Below are positions 9,121 through 19,848 of a stretch of DNA of 64,000 nt, piece by piece. The notes under the pieces are model-generated. The model was not told the DNA's origin and searched no databases. It saw nothing but the letters and a program-made list of their open reading frames with translations. The DNA is from Verrucomicrobiales bacterium (GTDB lineage Bacteria > Verrucomicrobiota > Verrucomicrobiia > Limisphaerales > UBA1100), in assembly GCA_038139415.1 (NCBI GenBank), contig JAYOSV010000001.1, forward strand, positions 126,536-190,535, written 5' to 3'. A program made the position numbers and the translations under genes. Position 1 is the first letter of the stretch; the number at the start of each line of letters is the position of its first letter.

Positions 9121-9228
9121 TTGACGGATTACCAAAAATTTGCCAATATCGACTTGGCCACGCCTGCACCGGCGATAAAGGCCACAAGCCAAAGTCCTCC
9201 CGGTAAGCTTTATCGGGGGGGCTTTTTT
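9121..9228 (+). ncRNA. Candidate promoter plus ~73-nt small RNA or attenuator ending in an intrinsic terminator
   Basis: TTGACG-N17-CAATAT (9121-9149); 15-bp stem 9192-9206/9210-9224 with G-U pairs, then a T-run; no family recognised. Confidence 0.45.
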
Positions 9229-9369
9229 AAGGGGTAACAATCATTGCCATCTTTACCATCCGAATCCACGCTTGTTGAGGATGCCAATCAACCTTTTAAA
9301 TGAGGTTTTGCATGGTTATGGGTTGCTGGCATCTCCAAGTAAAAGTCATTTTTAACCAAAAGAATATTC

Positions 9370-9744
9370 ATGGACGATAAAAACAGTGAGATAAGGAAAA
9401 TTCGAATCGAGCTGCAGTGGCTTTCTTGGGGGTTAGTAAAGGTTCCGCTGATTGCCCTCGGTTTGTTTGCCATATATAGCCTTTTAAATCGTTCGGGAGG
9501 TGATGTTGAAGAGGCTAACTCAGGGGTGCAAAATTCTCTGGATCGGGTATGCAAGACAACGGCTGACGGTCGTTTAGCGGTTGAAGTTGGGAATCGTACT
9601 TTATTCCTGGATAATGTCCCGATTTATGAGCAGCTGAGTGCAGAGGAAAAATGGCAGTTTTGGGATGCTGACGAGAGTGGAGTGGCTAGCGAAGAGGAAA
9701 TCGAGGCTGGGATTTTAAAGCTTCAAAGCCAAGAGAGTGACTAG
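9370..9744 (+). CDS. Hypothetical membrane-anchored protein with one EF-hand-like motif
   Basis: N-terminal TM segment; C-terminal DADESGVASEEE loop. Confidence 0.65.
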   Translation: MDDKNSEIRKIRIELQWLSWGLVKVPLIALGLFAIYSLLNRSGGDVEEANSGVQNSLDRVCKTTADGRLAVEVGNRTLFLDNVPIYEQLSAEEKWQFWDADESGVASEEEIEAGILKLQSQESD

Positions 9745-9797
9745 ATATTAATCAACTCCATTTGACACTTTAAGATTGGTTATTAAATCATTTTTGT

Positions 9798-10382
9798 ATG
9801 AAAAATCCCGCGGCATCCTACTTATTAATATTTTTTGCGGCCAGCTCAGTGTTGTGGGCAGAAGACACGCCAAACAATAATCAGCTAATTCAAGATCCAT
9901 TGGAGGATTTCCGCGGTGAAGATGTTGAGGCAAACTGGATGACAGTGAATGACAACGTTATGGGAGGGCGCTCTAAAGGAGGGTTTTCTGTGAAAAAGGG
10001 TAAGCTGCTTTTTTCAGGTTCAACCAATACGAATGGCGGTGGGTTTTCTTCTATCAGAATGAAACCTAGGGAAATGGATTTAGCCGGCAAAAAAGGCGTA
10101 GTAATTCGTTTCAAGGGTGATGGCCGTACTTATAAGTTTGATGCTCGCATGGGGAGAAGCTCCATAGCTCATCGGGCGGATTTCAAAACTGAAGCCAATC
10201 CCAAGGGATGGCAGACGGTGCAAATTCCTTTTGCTGACCTAACAGCAACCTGGCGAGGTATGCGATTACCTCTTGAGCGGGCTAAATTGGATGTGGAAAA
10301 AATCAGCGGTATGGGCTTCATGATTTACGATAAAAAAGATGGCCCATTCGAACTCAAAGTTGATTGGATAAAGACTTATTAA
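9798..10382 (+). CDS. Secreted CIA30 family protein
   Basis: Signal peptide; WMTVNDNVMGGRS, NGGGFSSIR, KGDGRTY, GPFELKVDWI. Confidence 0.9.
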   Translation: MKNPAASYLLIFFAASSVLWAEDTPNNNQLIQDPLEDFRGEDVEANWMTVNDNVMGGRSKGGFSVKKGKLLFSGSTNTNGGGFSSIRMKPREMDLAGKKGVVIRFKGDGRTYKFDARMGRSSIAHRADFKTEANPKGWQTVQIPFADLTATWRGMRLPLERAKLDVEKISGMGFMIYDKKDGPFELKVDWIKTY

Positions 10383-10443
10383 TCCTCGGTTCTAACAGAT
10401 TTTGTGGGTTGTGCTCTGAGCCATGAGGAAATAGGTTTCCTCG

Positions 10444-11271
10444 GTGACGGTTCAAAAAAAACTCAATACAACACTTCTGTTTCTCGCCCTAGCAAACTCC
10501 CTGGTTTCACAGGATACAAAGAAAGAGTTTGATCGGAGCCCTCAGAACATTGGCTCCGTATTGGTATTTTCTGGCACTGGCTGGTACCGGCACCCGGAGG
10601 TGGCGGCGATCAGTGGATGGTTGGCTCGACGTTCGCCCGAGCTACAAATGCAGGTGGATGTGTCGGAGAATCCAAAAGATTTGCTGACGAATCTTCATAA
10701 ATATCAGGTGCTTGTGCTTAATAATAACACGGAGTTAACGGCAATCCTTGATGCCCGACATCAGGCGGCTGTGCGTGATTGGTACAGGAAGGGAGGCGGC
10801 ATTGTCGCATTGCATGCAGCTCTAGTAAGGCAGACAGAATGGAAGTGGTTTAACAATTTGGCTGGGTGCGATTTTGATAGTGATTCCGAGTATCTTGAAG
10901 CTCGTATCATAGTTGACCCCAAGGCCAAGGATCATCCCGCCGTTCGAGGTCATGGAATGAGTTTTCGGTATAAGGCCGATTGGACGAATCACGACCGCAC
11001 TGTGACAGGCCTCAAGGGTTTTCAGGTGTTACTTCGAGTCGATGAATCCAGCTATGATCCTGTGCGTGATTTTTTCAAAACCCGTGGCGGCAAAGCCATG
11101 GGTAAGGATCATCCGGTTGCCTGGCTGCACACCAACGATGGAGGCCGTTTCTTTTACACCGAGCTGGGCCACGATGTCCGGTCATTGGAAACCCCGTTTG
11201 GTCGGCAGCACATCACCGAAGGCATTCGGTGGGCCGCGGGATTGAAACCGTTGCCTAAGAAAAAGAAGTAA
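10444..11271 (+). CDS. Secreted ThuA (trehalose utilisation, class I GATase-like) domain protein
   Basis: VLVFSGTGWYRH, GGGIVALHAA, DHPVAW, GRFFYTELGH; GTG start 6 nt after TTGTGC-N17-TAGGTT. Confidence 0.88.
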   Translation: MTVQKKLNTTLLFLALANSLVSQDTKKEFDRSPQNIGSVLVFSGTGWYRHPEVAAISGWLARRSPELQMQVDVSENPKDLLTNLHKYQVLVLNNNTELTAILDARHQAAVRDWYRKGGGIVALHAALVRQTEWKWFNNLAGCDFDSDSEYLEARIIVDPKAKDHPAVRGHGMSFRYKADWTNHDRTVTGLKGFQVLLRVDESSYDPVRDFFKTRGGKAMGKDHPVAWLHTNDGGRFFYTELGHDVRSLETPFGRQHITEGIRWAAGLKPLPKKKK

Positions 11272-11310
11272 TTGCTTGTCGCCGGTTCGCCGGTGTTTCA
11301 ACGTCACCCC

Positions 11311-11643
11311 ATGAAGCATGTTCTATCCATTCTAGGCGTCCTAATCTTGGCCGGGTGCGTAGTGATCCCGAGCAAACGGGTGACCTTTAACGACATCAAA
11401 ATTGGCATGCCTCGGGATGAGGCCGTGGCGCTGCTGGGCAAGCCAAGCCGGGTGTCGGCCAAAGGTAATGTGGAAAATCTGTACTACAACGAATCCGCGC
11501 TCTACATCGGCATCTTGGGAATTGGCAAGGTGCGGAACGACAAGCGCGAATACGAGATGCGCTTGGTCGACGGCAAAGTGGCGTCCTTCGGTGAAGTCGG
11601 CGAATACATTGAGGAAGACGACGAATCAGATTCGGATAATTAA
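11311..11643 (+). CDS. Small SmpA/OmlA (BamE)-like lipoprotein
   Basis: Lipobox LILAGC; IKIGMPRDEAVALLGKP motif. Confidence 0.72.
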   Translation: MKHVLSILGVLILAGCVVIPSKRVTFNDIKIGMPRDEAVALLGKPSRVSAKGNVENLYYNESALYIGILGIGKVRNDKREYEMRLVDGKVASFGEVGEYIEEDDESDSDN

Positions 11644-11942
11644 CGGACGCCTTCTTTTTTCCACGCACGCTTTTCACGCGAGGGCTCTTTCCATCCTCGT
11701 TCTTCTGCCCATTTTTTCCAAATCGCATATTTCTTGTTAGCCCTTAACAAGGCAGCAATGGGAAGAAATAGTAAAATGACGCTTAATATTCCGGCTGCCC
11801 AACTCAGTTCGGATTTGTCATTTGTTACTCCACTAATGCCAAGCGAGAGTAATACTACTGAAGAAATAACAAAATATGTCCACAAGCAACCGACCCCCCA
11901 TGGGCCATAAAAAGCTAAATCCATATTTCGGGGTGCTGTCAT
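11640..11942 (-). CDS. Hypothetical two-TM membrane protein
   Basis: AT-rich ORF with two hydrophobic helices and a basic tail; start uncertain (11942 or upstream). Confidence 0.55.
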   Translation of the reverse strand: MTAPRNMDLAFYGPWGVGCLWTYFVISSVVLLSLGISGVTNDKSELSWAAGILSVILLFLPIAALLRANKKYAIWKKWAEERGWKEPSREKRAWKKEGVR

Positions 11943-12216
11943 TTTTTTTGCCGCATTCTCGACAACGAATAACTTGATTAGTGCGCGGGGTAGGGCTTGA
12001 GTTGTTGTCTCCTGAATGTGCGCGTACACTTTGAATCCCGAAATTATTGTGCGCCTGACAGTTCCAACAATACGGCTTGTCGTACTTGGGTTTTTGAGGG
12101 TCTATTAAGATGGCAGATTTATGTTAACCTGAGGACGGGTGCTCCTCAAGGGAGTTATCTGAACTCAGAAAGTGATGGTCCGTCAGTCGAGTCCGTCTCA
12201 ATGTGGAATTGTACTT

Positions 12217-13641
12217 TTAAAACGCCGCCGAACGCGGTGTCCGCGGGAATGGAATTACGTCGCGTACGTTAGCCATGCCGGTGGCGTAGATGAGGGTGCG
12301 CTCGAAGCCGAGGCCGAAGCCGGCGTGGGGGACGGTGCCGTATTTGCGCAGGTCGCGGTACCACCAGTAATCGTCCTTCTCCAAATCCAATTCCTCGAGG
12401 CGGGCGTCGAGGACGTCGAGGCGTTCCTCGCGTTGGGAGCCGCCGATGATCTCGCCGATGCCGGGCGCGAGCACATCCATGGCGGCAACGGTGTTGCCGT
12501 CGTCGTTCATGCGCATGTAGAAGGCCTTGATGTCCTTCGGATAATTCATCACCACCACCGGCCGGCCAATGTGTTCCTCGGTGAGCCAGCGTTCGTGTTC
12601 GCTCTGCAAATCCATGCCCCATTTCACGGGGAATTCAAACTTGTGCCCAGCGGCGACCGCCTTCTCCAGCCGCGCGATGGCGTCGGTGTAATCCATGCGC
12701 TCGAAGCTGGCATCGACAAATTTCTCGAGCCGCTCAGTACAGCCTTTGTCCACGCGTTGCTGGAAAAACGCCATGTCATCGCCGCGCTCATCGAGAAGCG
12801 TGCGGAAGATGCTCTTCAGAAAATCCTCGGCCAAATCGGCGTCGTCGGACAGATCAGCAAAGGCAATCTCCGGCTCGATCATCCAAAACTCCGCGAGATG
12901 CCGTGAGGTATTGGAATTCTCCGCGCGAAAGGTCGGTCCAAAGGTGTACACCTTGCTCAAGGCAAGACAGTAGCTCTCCACGTTCAACTGGCCGGACACG
13001 GTCAGATTGGTTTCCTTGCCAAAAAAATCCTGCGCAAAATCCACCGCGCCGCTCTCGGTGCGTGGCAAGTTTTCAAGATCCAGCGTGCTCACGCGAAACA
13101 TTTCGCCCGCGCCCTCGCAATCGCTGCCGGTCACAATTGGCGTGTGCACCCAGTAAAACCCGTTCTCGTGAAAGTACCGATGAATGGCATTCGCCACGCA
13201 ATGCCGTACTCGGGCCATCGCGGAAAAGGCATTGGTGCGTACGCGCAAATGCGCCTGCTCGCGGAGGTACTCAAAGGTATGCCGCTTGGCCGGCATGGGG
13301 TAGGTCTCGGGATCGTCCACCATACCCACCGTCTCAATGCGCGTGGCCAGCAGTTCGACACTCTGGCCCTTGCCCTCGGAGGCAACCACCTCGCCCTCGG
13401 CAATGAGCGAACAGCCGGTGGTTAGGTTCTGCACGTCAGTGGCGTAATTCTCTAGTTCGCCCGGCGCCACCACCTGCGCAGGCTCGAAGCAGGAGCCGTC
13501 GTGCAGCTGCACAAACGATAGACCCGCCTTGGAATCGCGCCGCGTACGCACCCAGCCTCGTAGTCTGATCCGATCGCCCACCGCCACGCCATCCTGCGTC
13601 AGCAATGCAGCCACCGAAATCAGCCGGAAATCCTCGCTCAT
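12217..13641 (-). CDS. asnS: Asparagine--tRNA ligase
   Basis: GWVRTRR OB fold, [39 protein letters not shown]. Confidence 0.97.
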   Translation of the reverse strand: MSEDFRLISVAALLTQDGVAVGDRIRLRGWVRTRRDSKAGLSFVQLHDGSCFEPAQVVAPGELENYATDVQNLTTGCSLIAEGEVVASEGKGQSVELLATRIETVGMVDDPETYPMPAKRHTFEYLREQAHLRVRTNAFSAMARVRHCVANAIHRYFHENGFYWVHTPIVTGSDCEGAGEMFRVSTLDLENLPRTESGAVDFAQDFFGKETNLTVSGQLNVESYCLALSKVYTFGPTFRAENSNTSRHLAEFWMIEPEIAFADLSDDADLAEDFLKSIFRTLLDERGDDMAFFQQRVDKGCTERLEKFVDASFERMDYTDAIARLEKAVAAGHKFEFPVKWGMDLQSEHERWLTEEHIGRPVVVMNYPKDIKAFYMRMNDDGNTVAAMDVLAPGIGEIIGGSQREERLDVLDARLEELDLEKDDYWWYRDLRKYGTVPHAGFGLGFERTLIYATGMANVRDVIPFPRTPRSAAF

Positions 13642-13806
13642 GGGCGAAGAATACCGCGCGGATGGCTTGGGAGTCCAAGGGAAGTTTTGCGCATGGTATA
13701 CTTCTGTGTATCAGGTGCAAAATGTTGTTGGCCCTAATGAGGAATGAACGAATTTTGCACACCTTGAGTTATTAACCCATTAGGTGCCCGAAGAGGTGAG
13801 ATCTTC

Positions 13807-13893
13807 TCACATTAATAAAATGCACCCAACGCAGATTGCGACAGTCAATACTGTTAGAGCGGCGAAGATGTAGTCGATTGTCCCAGCTTTCAT
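13807..13893 (-). CDS. Unannotated 28-aa single-TM small protein (MKAGTIDYIFAALTVLTVAICVGCILLM)
   Basis: GGAGG Shine-Dalgarno 8 nt before ATG; upstream sigma54-type promoter; fully hydrophobic C-terminal 21 aa. Confidence 0.62.
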   Translation of the reverse strand: MKAGTIDYIFAALTVLTVAICVGCILLM

Positions 13894-13920
13894 ATTTCTA
13901 TCCTCCATGGTCCAAATGTA

Positions 13921-13936
13921 AGCGCGTCGTGTGCCA
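13921..13936 (-). promoter_or_regulatory. sigma54 (-24/-12) type promoter for the small ORF
   Basis: Minus strand TGGCACACGACGCGCT = GG-N10-GC with TGGCAC. Confidence 0.55.
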
Positions 13937-13948
13937 GTTTCATTAGGT

Positions 13949-13964
13949 TGGCATGGTAATAGCT
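13949..13964 (+). promoter_or_regulatory. sigma54 (-24/-12) type promoter for the LysR gene
   Basis: TGGCATGGTAATAGCT = GG-N10-GC, 17 nt before the ATG. Confidence 0.6.
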
Positions 13965-13981
13965 TTCATTGTTTTTAGATA

Positions 13982-14935
13982 ATGAATGAATTGAATTCAT
14001 ACACGAATAATCCCTTGGACAGTCGCCAGTTACGGGCGTTTCTCATGCTCGCGCGCATGGGTAGCTTCACGAAAGCAGCCAAAGAGCTGCACCTCACGCA
14101 GTCCGCCGTGAGTCATGCGATGAAGGCGTTGGAGGAGGATGTGGGCTGTCGCCTTTTAGACAGGGTGGGGAAAAAGGTTCTGCTGACTCAGGCGGGCGAA
14201 CAATTTTTCCAGCGCGTCGATAAAATCTTTGGCGAAATGATTCTCGCGCGGGCGGAGTTGGATCAACTCGGCGAATGGGGCCGGGGCCGTTTGCGCGTGG
14301 GCGCCAGTGCGGCCGCCTGTCAGTACATCCTGCCGTCGGTTCTCCGTGAGTTTAAAAAAGAGTTTCCCAAGTGCCGACTAAGCATTGAGCCGGGAGACAC
14401 CAAAGAGATCGTGGAATCGTTGCGCGCCAACGCGATCGATGTGGCTGTGACTTTGGAGCCCGAACGCGAATCAGACTTTGTCTTCTCACCATTGTTCACG
14501 GATGAACTGATGTTCCTTGTAAACCCCAAGCATCCCTGGGCTGAGGCTCGGAGGGCCGTGCGGATGGAAATTCCACGTGAGCAGTATATCCTGTATTTTC
14601 GAAACAGCCGTACCTTTGAACAGATTGAGAACTATTTCCGAACCGAAAAAATGGTCATCAAATCCGTCATCGATATGGGCAGTATGTCCGCCATCAAGGA
14701 GCTGGTTAAGCTCGGTTTGGGCGTGACCATCCTGGCACCGTGGGTGGCGCAAAATGAATTGACCAAAAAATCGCTCGTGGCGTTGCCGCTCGGCCGTCGT
14801 AAACTCAAGCGCCAATGGGGCGTGCTGTATTGGAAAGAGCGCCCGATGGGCTGGGCGGAGGATACCTTCATCAAGCTCTGCCAATCCGGTGCGCGACAAT
14901 TCGCCGCTAGCAATGGCCTTCGCGCGCACGTATAA
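13982..14935 (+). CDS. LysR family transcriptional regulator
   Basis: GSFTKAAKELHLTQSAVSHAMKALEEDVG HTH plus substrate-binding domain. Confidence 0.96.
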   Translation: MNELNSYTNNPLDSRQLRAFLMLARMGSFTKAAKELHLTQSAVSHAMKALEEDVGCRLLDRVGKKVLLTQAGEQFFQRVDKIFGEMILARAELDQLGEWGRGRLRVGASAAACQYILPSVLREFKKEFPKCRLSIEPGDTKEIVESLRANAIDVAVTLEPERESDFVFSPLFTDELMFLVNPKHPWAEARRAVRMEIPREQYILYFRNSRTFEQIENYFRTEKMVIKSVIDMGSMSAIKELVKLGLGVTILAPWVAQNELTKKSLVALPLGRRKLKRQWGVLYWKERPMGWAEDTFIKLCQSGARQFAASNGLRAHV

Positions 14936-14948
14936 ACGGCGCGTTCCC

Positions 14949-15779
14949 ATGAAGGCATATCGACTGAACCGTTTGTTCAACGCAAAATCCGGCCGCTGCT
15001 TTGATGTGGCTGTAGATCACGGGTTTTTTAATGAGCGCAGCTTCGTGCAGGGCATTGAGAATCTTGATGCCGCGGTGCAGTCCTTGGTGGAGGCGAATCC
15101 GGATGCCATTCAATTGACCGTCGGCCAGGCGCGTCTTTTGCAGCAGATTCCCGGCAAGCAAAAGCCAGCGCTCGTGTTGCGCACCGATGTGGCCAATGTC
15201 TACGGCACGGATCTGCCGGATCACCTGTTCAGCCGCGTGATCGAGGATGCCGCCGAACAGGCCGTACGGCTTGATGCCGCGTGTGTGGTGGTGAATCTCT
15301 TTCGCATCCCGGGCGCGCCGGAAGTGACCGACGATTGCATCCAAAACATCCTCGACCTCAAGCCGCAGTGCGACGCGTTGGCGATGCCGTTAATGATCGA
15401 ACCACTTGTATTCAAGCCCAACGCCGAGGTCGGCGGTTATCAGGTGGATGGGGATCTGGATAAAATTATGCCGCTCGTCCGACAGGCCTGTGAACTAGGG
15501 GCGGACGTAATCAAGGCAGATCCCACCAATTCTCCAGAGGATTACCATCAAGTCATCCAGATTGCAGGAGACATTCCGGTGCTCGTCCGCGGAGGGGGGC
15601 GCGTGAGCGATGAGGAGATTCTACAACGCACCCACGCCATTCTGGCACAGGGCGCGCGCGGTATCGTTTACGGCCGCAATATCATCCAGCACGCTAACCC
15701 CGGAGGCATGACACGCTCTCTCATGGCCCTCGTACACGATGACGCCACGCCGGAAGAAGCGGCTAAGCACCTGTATTAA
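14949..15779 (+). CDS. Class I aldolase, DhnA/LsrF family
   Basis: VAVDHG, ELGADVIK (Schiff-base Lys), VRGGG, YGRNIIQ. Confidence 0.85.
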   Translation: MKAYRLNRLFNAKSGRCFDVAVDHGFFNERSFVQGIENLDAAVQSLVEANPDAIQLTVGQARLLQQIPGKQKPALVLRTDVANVYGTDLPDHLFSRVIEDAAEQAVRLDAACVVVNLFRIPGAPEVTDDCIQNILDLKPQCDALAMPLMIEPLVFKPNAEVGGYQVDGDLDKIMPLVRQACELGADVIKADPTNSPEDYHQVIQIAGDIPVLVRGGGRVSDEEILQRTHAILAQGARGIVYGRNIIQHANPGGMTRSLMALVHDDATPEEAAKHLY

Positions 15780-15844
15780 AGGCGGATTTCTTTGACCTTT
15801 TTCGGCAAAACCCCTAGGTTCCGCCGTTCCTGAGGCGATTCAAT

Positions 15845-18800
15845 ATGCTCGGATTTATTAAGAAAATTTTTGGCACGAAAAACGATCGCGAGATCAAGCG
15901 TATCGAGAAATCCTTGATCCAGCGTGTTTATGCTTACGCGGATCAATTGGAGGGCATGTCGGATGATGAACTCCGCGGACAAACTCGCGCGTGGCAGGAG
16001 GAGTTGGGCGCAATTGAGGATGATGATCAGCTTGCCCTGCGGTTGGATGAAATCATGCCGCAAGCCTTTGCGGTGGTAAAGGAAGGCGCCCGGCGGTTAT
16101 GCGGGAAAAATATTGATGTGCGTGGTCAAGAAGTGCTCTGGGAAATGGTTCACTTCGATGTGCAACTCATCGGCGGTTATGCTCTGCATAAACGGAATAT
16201 CGCAGAGATGGCGACCGGTGAAGGGAAAACCCTCGTAGCCACCTTGCCCGTTTATCTGAATGCTCTGGCCGGCCGCGGTGTGCATGTGGTGACGGTCAAC
16301 GATTACCTCGCCGCCCGTGACTCCGAATGGATGGGAGCACTTTACACCTACCTAGGCTTGACCGTGGGCTGTATTCAGCACGATCAACCGCCCAGTGCCC
16401 GTCGGGACATGTACAACCGTGATATTACCTACGGTACTAACGCGGAAATGGGCTTTGATTACTTGCGCGATAACGGCATGGCTCAAAGCGCCGAGGAGCA
16501 GGTGCAGCGCGGACATTACTTTGCCATTGTGGATGAGGTGGACTCGATCCTGATTGATGAAGCCCGCACCCCATTGATCATCAGTGGTCCGGCGCAAGTG
16601 AAGCAGGATCAACGGTTGTATTCCGAACTCAAACCACGCATTCAGGATCTGGTTCGACAACAAAAGAGGCTGTGCGACAAGTGCATTCGGGAAGCCAACG
16701 AGCTCATCACGAAACTGGGCGATTCTGAAAATGCAGAGATCGAGCACGAGATCGGTTTGCTGCTCTACCGGGTACAGCAAGGCCAGCCCAAGCATTCTGG
16801 ATTACTGGAGGCCAAGGTGGATCCAGCCAATCGCCGTCGATCGGAATTGGCGGAAATGGAGCTGCACAAGGACCAAACCAAAAAGCTCTTGTATGCTCAA
16901 AAAGAGGAACTCTTCTTTGCGATCGACGAGAAAAGCCATGATGCGGATCTCACTGAGAAAGGGCGTAGCTTCCTCAGCCCTAACGATTCAGAAGCCTTTA
17001 TGATGCCGGATACTGTGACCGCGCATCACGAAATTGATTCCGATGAATCCCTCTCGCCACAGGACAAGTTGGCCGAGAAACAGCGTGTGCAAGCCGCTGC
17101 CCAAGAGCGAGGCGAACGTATTCATGTGACCTCCCAGTTGCTTAAGGCCTACTGTCTCTACGAAAAAGATGTGCAGTACATTGTGCAGGATAACAAGGTG
17201 GTGATCGTGGACGAAAACACTGGTCGCCCGATGGAAGGCCGCCGCTGGAGCGATGGTCTGCATCAAGCCGTGGAATCCAAGGAAAGCGTCAGGATCGAAG
17301 AGGAAACACAGACCTACGCTACCATCACCATCCAGAATTACTTCCGCCTCTACACCAAGCTCGCCGGCATGACCGGTACAGCTGAAACCGAGCAGGCTGA
17401 ATTTTTTGACATCTACAAGCTTGGCGTACTCGTCATTCCGCCAAACCGTCCCTGTTTGCGTCAGGACAATGATGATTCCATTTATCTCACCGAGAAGGTG
17501 AAGTTTAAGGCAGTCGTCGAAGAGGTACGCCGATTAAACACCGAAGGGCGTCCCGTATTGGTGGGTACCGTGGCGGTGGAAACCAGTGAACACATTTCTC
17601 GGTTGCTAATGAAATCCCGCGTTCCGCACAGCGTGTTGAACGCGAAGTTCCACCAACAGGAAGCGGAGATTGTCGCCCGTGCTGGACAACGGGGTACGGT
17701 GACCATTGCCACCAACATGGCTGGGCGCGGTACGGATATCAAATTGGCCAAGGGCGTACCGGATCTCGGTGGCCTGCATGTGCTCGGCACGGAGCGCCAT
17801 GAATCGCGCCGGATCGATCGCCAGTTGCGCGGTCGTTGTGCGCGTCAGGGCGACCCTGGAAGCTCCCACTTCTTCCTTAGTCTCGAAGACGACCTGATGC
17901 GGCGTTACGGCAACAGCGAGAAGATGACCGGAATGCTCCAAAAAGTGGGCATGGAAGAGGACGAAGAAATTTCCCATCCGCTCCTAAACCGCTCCATCGA
18001 GAGCGCCCAAAAACGGGTTGAGCAACACCATTACCAAATCCGTCGTCGTACTCTGGAATATGACGACGTGATGAATAAGCAGCGCGAACAGCTCTACGGT
18101 TTTCGCAACAACATCATTAATGGAGACGATGTTCGCGATGTGATGTTTGATGTGGTGGAAGATGTGATCGTTAAACGCGTCGAATCCTACATGCCACAAG
18201 GCTTTGAGGGGGAAGATATTGGGTATGATTACACCGGGCTGGCTGCTTGGGTGAACCAAACCTTTCCGGTGGGCTTGGGCGAAGAAGAATTGAAGCAGAC
18301 CTCCGAGCAGGCTTCAGAAACGCCGCCTGAAGGCAGCATGTATGATGGTCTCACACGTGAGCAATACGCCCTTTGCCATTTCATCTTTGATGCCGTGCAG
18401 GAAGTTTACCGCGTAAAAATCAAAACCGAAGATCCGGAAGCTCTCGTGCACGTGGAGCGCCGTGCGATTCTGGTTTCCATCGACCGCCTTTGGCGCGAAC
18501 ACCTGTACGCAATGGATGGTCTGCGCCAATCGGTTCACCTCCGGTCTTACGGCCAGAAAGATCCATTGGTGGAATACAAAACCGAAGCGCGCGATATGTT
18601 CATGGATTTGATGGAGAACATTCGCGAGGAGGTTTGCCATAACATTTTCCGAAACGCCACCAGCCTTGAAGCCGCTGTTAATCTTATGCGCAGTCTCTCC
18701 GACAAAGCTAGTACGCAGATGGCCAACGCGCTCGGTCTTGATCCCTCCATTACACAGGCTGGCAATATCGTCAGCGAAGTCAATGCCGAGGTGAGCGGGG

Positions 18801-18916
18801 AACAGGGCTCAGCGGCTCCACGTCCTGTTCGATCAGGTCCCAAGGTGGGACGTAACGATCCATGCCCTTGCGGTAGCGGTAAAAAATACAAGAAATGCTG
18901 GCCTAATTGCCCGTGA
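15845..18916 (+). CDS. secA: Protein translocase subunit SecA
   Basis: [53 protein letters not shown] motif; promoter TTGACC-N17-TAGGTT upstream. Confidence 0.98.
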   Translation: MLGFIKKIFGTKNDREIKRIEKSLIQRVYAYADQLEGMSDDELRGQTRAWQEELGAIEDDDQLALRLDEIMPQAFAVVKEGARRLCGKNIDVRGQEVLWEMVHFDVQLIGGYALHKRNIAEMATGEGKTLVATLPVYLNALAGRGVHVVTVNDYLAARDSEWMGALYTYLGLTVGCIQHDQPPSARRDMYNRDITYGTNAEMGFDYLRDNGMAQSAEEQVQRGHYFAIVDEVDSILIDEARTPLIISGPAQVKQDQRLYSELKPRIQDLVRQQKRLCDKCIREANELITKLGDSENAEIEHEIGLLLYRVQQGQPKHSGLLEAKVDPANRRRSELAEMELHKDQTKKLLYAQKEELFFAIDEKSHDADLTEKGRSFLSPNDSEAFMMPDTVTAHHEIDSDESLSPQDKLAEKQRVQAAAQERGERIHVTSQLLKAYCLYEKDVQYIVQDNKVVIVDENTGRPMEGRRWSDGLHQAVESKESVRIEEETQTYATITIQNYFRLYTKLAGMTGTAETEQAEFFDIYKLGVLVIPPNRPCLRQDNDDSIYLTEKVKFKAVVEEVRRLNTEGRPVLVGTVAVETSEHISRLLMKSRVPHSVLNAKFHQQEAEIVARAGQRGTVTIATNMAGRGTDIKLAKGVPDLGGLHVLGTERHESRRIDRQLRGRCARQGDPGSSHFFLSLEDDLMRRYGNSEKMTGMLQKVGMEEDEEISHPLLNRSIESAQKRVEQHHYQIRRRTLEYDDVMNKQREQLYGFRNNIINGDDVRDVMFDVVEDVIVKRVESYMPQGFEGEDIGYDYTGLAAWVNQTFPVGLGEEELKQTSEQASETPPEGSMYDGLTREQYALCHFIFDAVQEVYRVKIKTEDPEALVHVERRAILVSIDRLWREHLYAMDGLRQSVHLRSYGQKDPLVEYKTEARDMFMDLMENIREEVCHNIFRNATSLEAAVNLMRSLSDKASTQMANALGLDPSITQAGNIVSEVNAEVSGEQGSAAPRPVRSGPKVGRNDPCPCGSGKKYKKCWPNCP

Positions 18917-19848
18917 TCGACCCTGTTTCGATGCTCCGGCCCCGCCGGAAGATTCGCGGTATCTCCGCCATCCTGCTGCCGTTCCAGGGAAACGGCGACC
19001 CCGATTGGGCCGGATTCTCCGCGCATGTTCAGCGCACTGTGGCGGCCGGCTTGGCTCCGGCGGTGAACATGGATACCGGTTTCGGTAATCTCATTGATGA
19101 CTCCATTCGCCGCCGTGCATTGGAGTTGACGCAGGTGCAGACCAATGATTTTGTGGCCGGCGCATTCGTGGGCGATCAACCGGGCGCGACATTTAATGAC
19201 GGCGAATACCTTCGCCAAATGGAGATCATCCAAAGCCACGGCGGCACGCCGGTGATCTTTCAATCATTTGGTCTCACCGGCCAGGCTGATGAGGCTATTG
19301 TAGCCAGCTACGCGAAGCTCGCGAGCCACTCGGATGCCTTGATCGGGTTTGAGCTGAGCGATGTGTTTGCACCGTTTGGTAAGATTTACTCGATGGATGT
19401 TTATCGCGGTCTACTTGGGATCGAGCGATTAATCGGCTCGAAGCATTCCTCGCTAAATCGCGAGTTGGAATGGCAGCGGTTGTTGCTGCGCGACGAATTA
19501 CGACCTGAGTTTCACGTGTTTACCGGCAACGATTTGGCCATCGATATGGTAATGTACGGGAGCGATTACCTGCTCGGGCTGAGTACGTTCGCGCCGGATG
19601 TATTTGCCCGTCGCGATGCCGCTTGGGCTGCGGGGGATCGGGCATTTTATGAATTGAACGATTGGCTGCAGTACCTTGGATTTCTCACCTTCCGCCCGCC
19701 GGTGCCTGCCTACAAACATTCGGCAGCGATGTTTCTCAAATTGCGTGGGCAAATCGAGTGCGATCACACGCACCCACAATCACCCGGTCGCCCGGAAAGC
19801 GATCGCGATATTCTGCGGCATATCGTCGAGCAAATTCCCGCGGCATGA
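18913..19848 (+). CDS. Divergent dihydrodipicolinate synthase (DapA/NAL) family protein
   Basis: [25 protein letters not shown] Lys, FTGND; GTGA overlap with the secA stop. Confidence 0.72.
   Translation: MIDPVSMLRPRRKIRGISAILLPFQGNGDPDWAGFSAHVQRTVAAGLAPAVNMDTGFGNLIDDSIRRRALELTQVQTNDFVAGAFVGDQPGATFNDGEYLRQMEIIQSHGGTPVIFQSFGLTGQADEAIVASYAKLASHSDALIGFELSDVFAPFGKIYSMDVYRGLLGIERLIGSKHSSLNRELEWQRLLLRDELRPEFHVFTGNDLAIDMVMYGSDYLLGLSTFAPDVFARRDAAWAAGDRAFYELNDWLQYLGFLTFRPPVPAYKHSAAMFLKLRGQIECDHTHPQSPGRPESDRDILRHIVEQIPAA

Noticed and set aside
7687..12216. Prophage or integrative element at tRNA-His
   Set aside because: No integrase, phage or conjugation genes, and no duplicated tRNA 3' end (attR) found in the window
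12030..12216. ncRNA in the gap downstream of asnS
   Set aside because: Only short imperfect hairpins (e.g. CCTGAGGA/TCCTCAAGG); no promoter-terminator pair or known motif
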